A DNA stretch of 56,000 nucleotides from Eledone cirrhosa (taxonomy: Eukaryota). The stretch covers positions 1 through 56,000 of the forward strand of contig CAXHJY010000360.1 of assembly GCA_964016885.1 (NCBI GenBank), in the 5' to 3' direction. Positions within the stretch are counted from its first letter, which is position 1. The number at the start of each line of letters is the position of its first letter. The notes under the pieces were generated by a model that worked only from the letters and a program-made list of their open reading frames with translations, was not told where the DNA came from and made no database searches. Shown here one piece after another: positions 52,001 through 56,000 of the stretch. The position numbers and the translations under genes were made by a program.

Positions 52001-55000
52001 CTGATTTTTTTTTACAAATTATCTCCCCCTGATTTTTTTTTACAAATTATCTCCCCCTGATTTTTTTTACAAATTATCTCCCCCTGATTTTTTTACAAAT
52101 TATCTCCCCTTGGCTGGCTGGAAATTATCTCCCCTTGGAGGCTGGAATTTATCTCCCCTTGGACGGCTAGAAATTACCTCTCCTTGGACGGCTGGAAAAT
52201 ATGTCCTTGGACGGCTGGATATTATCTACCCTTGGACGGCTGGAAATTATCTCCCCTTGGACGGCTAGAAATTACCTCTCCTTGGACGGCTGGAAAATAT
52301 GTCCTTGGGCGGCTGGATATGATCTACCCTTGGACGGCTGGAAATTATCTCCCGTTGGACGGCTGGAAATTATCTACCCTTGGACGGCTAGATATTACCT
52401 CCCCTTGGACGGCTGGAAATTATCTCCCCTTGATTTTTTTTACAAATTATCTCCCCCTGATTTTTTTTACAAATCTCCCAATGATTTTTTTAAAAAAATT
52501 ATCTCCCCTTCGCTGGCTGGAAATTATCTCCCCTTGGACACTGGAAATTATAGCCCCTTGGAGGGCTGGAAATTATCTTCCCTTGGACGGCTGGAAATTA
52601 TCTCCCCCTGATTATTTTTTACAAATTATCTCCCCCTGATTTTTTTTACAAATTATCTCCCCCTGATTTTTTTTGCAAATTATCTCCCCCTGATTTTTTT
52701 ACAAATTATCTCCCCTTGGCTGGCTGGAAATTATCTCCCCTTGGAGGCTGGAATTTATCTCCCCTTGGACGGCTAGAAATTACCTCTCCTTGGACGGCTG
52801 GAAAATATGTCTCCTTGGACGGCTGGAAATTATCTCCCCTTGGACGGCTGGAAATTATCTCCCCTTGGACGGCTGGAAATTATCTCTCCTCGGACGGTTA
52901 GAAATTACCTCTCCTTGGACGGCTGAAAATTATCTCCCCTTGGACGGCTGGAAATTATCTCCCCTTGATTTTTTTTACAAATTATCTCCCCCTGATTTTT
53001 TTTTACAAATTATCTCCCCCTGATTTTTTTTACAAATTATCTCCCCCTGATTTTTTTTTACAAATTATCTCCCTGATATTTTTTACAAATTATCTCCCCC
53101 TGATTTTTTTACAAATTATCTCCCCTTGGCTGGCTGGAAATTATCTCCCCTTGGAGGCTGGAATTAATCTCCCCTTGGACGGCTAGAAATTACCTCGCCT
53201 TGGACGGCTGGAAAATATGTCTCCTTGGACGGCTGGAAATTATCTCCCCTTGGACGGCTGGAAATTATCTCCCCTTGGACGGCTGGAAATTATCTCCCCT
53301 TGGACGGCTAGATATTACCTCCCCTTGGACGGCTGGAAATTATCTCCCCTTGATTTTTTTTACAAATTATCTCCCCCTGATTTTTTTTTACAAATTATCT
53401 CCCCCTGATTTTTTTTTACGAATTATCTCCCCCTGATTTTTTTTTACAAATTATCTCCGCCTGATTTTTTAAAAAAAATTATCTCCCCTTGGACGGCTGG
53501 AAATTATCTCCCCTTGGACGGCTGGAAATTATCTCCCCTTGAACGGCTAGAAATTACCTCTCCTTGGACGGCTGAAAATTATCTCCCCTTGGACGGCTGC
53601 AAATTATCTCCCCTTGATTTTTTAAACAAATTATCTCCCCCTGATTTTTTTTTACAAATTATCTCCCCCTGATTTTTTTTTACAAATTATCTACGCCTAA
53701 TTTTTTTTACAAATTATCTCCCCCTGATTTTTTTTTACAAATTATCTCCCCCTGATTTTGTTTACAAATTATCTCCCCCTGATTTTTTTTACAAATTATC
53801 TCCGCCTGATTTTTTAAAAAAAATTATCTCCCCTTGGACGGCTGGAAATTATCTCCCCTTGGACGGCTGGAAATTATCTCCCCTTGGACGGCTAGAAATT
53901 ACCTCTCCTTGGACGACTGAAAATTATCTCCCCTTGGACGGCTGCAAATTATCTCCCCTTGATTTTTTTTACAAATTATCTCCGCCTGATTTTTTTTTTA
54001 AAATTATCTCCCCTTGGACGGCTGGAAATTACCTCCCCTTGGACGGCTGGAAATTATCTCCCCTTGGACGGCTAGAAATTACCTCTCCTTGGACGGCTGA
54101 AAATTATCTCCCCTTGGACGGCTGGAAATTATCTCCCCTTGATTTTTTTTACAAATTATCTCCCCCTCATTTTTTTTTACAAATTAACTCCCCCTGATTT
54201 TTTTTTTACAAATTATCTCCGCCTCATTTTTTTTTTAAATTATCTCTCCTTGGACGGCTGGATATTATCTCCCCTTGATTTTTTTTACAAATTATCTCCC
54301 CCTGATTTTTTTTTACAAATTATCTCCCCCTGATTTTTTTTTACAAATTATCTACCCCTGATTTTTTTTTACAAATTATCTCCCCATGATTTTTTTTACA
54401 AATTATCTCCCCCTGATTTTTTTTACAAATTATCTCCCCCTGATTTTTTTACAAATTATCTCCCCCTGATTTTTTTTACAAATTATCTCCGCCTAATTTT
54501 TTTAAATATTATCTTCCCTTGGCTGGCGGGAAATTATCTCCCCTTGGACGGCTGGAAATTATCTCCCCTTGAATTTTTTTACAAATTATCTCCCCCTGAT
54601 TATTTTTTACAAATTATCTCCCCCTGATTTTTTTACAAATTATCTCCCCCCTGATTTTTTTTACAATCTCCGCCTGATTTTTTTAAAAATTATCTTCCCT
54701 TGGCTGGCGGGAAATTATCTCCCCTTGGACGGCTGGAAATTATATCCCCTTGGAAGGATGGAAATTATCTCCCCTTGGACGGCTGGAAATTATATCCCCT
54801 TGGACGGCTGGAAATTATCTCCCCTTGGACGGCTGGATATTATCTCCCCTTTCATTTTTTTTACAAATTATCTCCCCCTGATTTTTTTTTACAAATTATC
54901 TCCCCCTGATTTTTGTTTACAAATTATCTATCCCTGATTTTTTTTTACAAATTATCTCCCCCTGATTTTTTTTACAAATTATCTCCCCCTGATTTTTTTT

Positions 55001-56000
55001 TTACAAATTATCTCCCCCTGATTTTTTTACAAATTATCTCCCCCTGATTTTTTTTACAAATTATCTCCGCCTGATTTTTTTAAATATTATCTTCCCTTGG
55101 CTGGCGGGAAATTATCTCCCCTTGGACGGCTGAAAATTATCTCCCCTTGGACGGCTGGAAATTATCTCCCCTTGATTTTTTTTACAAATTATCTCCCCCT
55201 GATTTTTTTTTACAAATTATCTCCCCCTGATTTTTTTTACAAATTATCTCCCCCTGATTTTTTTTTACAAATTATCTCCCTGATATTTTTTACAAATTAT
55301 CTCCCCCTGATTTTTTTACAAATTATCTCCACTTGGCTAGCTGGAAATTATCTCCCCTTGGAGGCTGGAATTTATCTCCCCTTGGACGGCTAGAAATTAC
55401 CTCGCCTTGGACGGCTGGAAAATATGTCTCCTTGGACGGCTGGAAATTATCTCACCTTGGACGGCTGGAAATTATCTCTCCATGATTTTTTTTACAAATT
55501 ATCTCCCCCTGATTTTTTTTTACAAATTATCTCCCCCTGATTTTGTTTACAAATTATCTCCCCCTGATTTTTTTTACAAATTATCTCCGCCTGATTTTTT
55601 AAAAAAAATTATCTCCCCTTGGACGGCTGGAAATTATCTCCCCTTGGACGGCTGGCAATTATCTCCCCTTGGACGGCTAGAAATTACCTCTCCTTGGACG
55701 ACTGAAAATTATCTCCCCTTGGACGGCTGCAAATTATCTCCCCTTGATTTTTTTTACAAATTATCTCCGACTGATTTTTTTTTAAAAATTATCTCCCCTT
55801 GGACGGCTGGAAATTACCTCCCCTTGGACGGCTGGAAATTATCTCCCCTTGGACGGCTAGAAATTACCTCTCCTTGGACGGCTGAAAATTATCTCCCCTT
55901 GGACGGCTGGAAATTATCTCCCCTTGATTTTTTTTACAAATTATCTCCCCCTGATTTTTTTTTACAAATTATCTCCCCCTGATTTTTTTTTACAAATTAT
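34085..56000. repeat. ~7,017-bp higher-order repeat, about 3.1 near-identical tandem copies, continuing beyond the window
   Basis: Offsets 34354/41371/48390/55407 (7,017/7,019/7,017), 35325/42341/49360, 36833/43849/50867, 38149/45167/52184 and 40664/47683/54700. Confidence 0.96.

Larger units (their letters stand above)
1..56000. repeat. Composite two-monomer satellite array (25-bp A and 26-30-bp B monomers sharing the core AAATTATCTCCCCYTG), running off both window ends
   Basis: Every line parses into A (GGACGGCTGGAAATTATCTCCCCTT), B (GA-Tn-ACAAATTATCTCCCCCT) or recognisable variants of them. All are in the same orientation and no non-repeat sequence was seen. Confidence 0.99.

Noticed and set aside
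22-55982. Numerous plus-strand ORFs of 60-191 aa (LDGWKLSPLGRLEIISPWTAGNYLP repeats)
   Set aside because: The 25-bp A monomer has no stop codon in any plus frame, so all three frames give the same permuted peptide. ORFs overlap, mostly start at TTG, shift frame with poly-T length and end at the TGA of B. There is no sign of coding constraint.
1-56000. Absence of any minus-strand ORF, suggesting a coding-strand bias
   Set aside because: The core gives GATAA on the minus strand, a TAA in each monomer. Monomer lengths are mostly not multiples of three, so all frames are closed trivially.
1-56000. CRISPR-like constant repeat plus variable spacer
   Set aside because: The linkers are only ~9-14 bp and of two recurring types rather than unique. 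The core is short and non-palindromic, and there are no cas genes or leader.
1-56000. Assignment to a taxon, a named satellite or a transposon-internal repeat
   Set aside because: No flanks, terminal repeats or coding remnants are present, and I cannot confirm a family match without a database search.
1-56000. Pure sequencing or assembly artefact
   Set aside because: Nested, phylogenetically consistent shared variants and copy-specific substitutions argue for real sequence. Exact copy numbers and single-base poly-T differences still need read validation.

Overview
All 56 kb of this window is one uninterrupted, head-to-tail, single-orientation tandem repeat (satellite-type DNA). I see no gene, RNA gene, transposon, CRISPR array or unique sequence, and the listed ORFs are by-products of the repeat. 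The array is built from two monomers that share a core, AAATTATCTCCCC(T/C)TG. Type A is 25 bp, GGACGGCTGGAAATTATCTCCCCTT, 52% GC with one CpG. Type B is 26-30 bp, GA(T7-11)ACAAATTATCTCCCCCT, about 30% GC. They alternate in blocks of about 1-15 units, roughly 2,100 monomers in total (56,000/~26). Stereotyped variant monomers mark the B-to-A block junctions. Above the monomer level there is a nested hierarchy: ~98-bp cassettes, a 498-bp duplication, units of 2,239, 3,153, ~3,680 and ~4,095 bp, a ~17-20 kb super-repeat in the left two thirds, and three nearly identical ~7,017-bp higher-order repeats (HORs) at the right end. A eukaryotic heterochromatic, centromeric or subtelomeric origin is my inference. 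I cannot identify the organism or a named satellite family. HOR periods come from offsets between identical ORF-track entries, checked against diagnostic variants; HOR boundaries are approximate.
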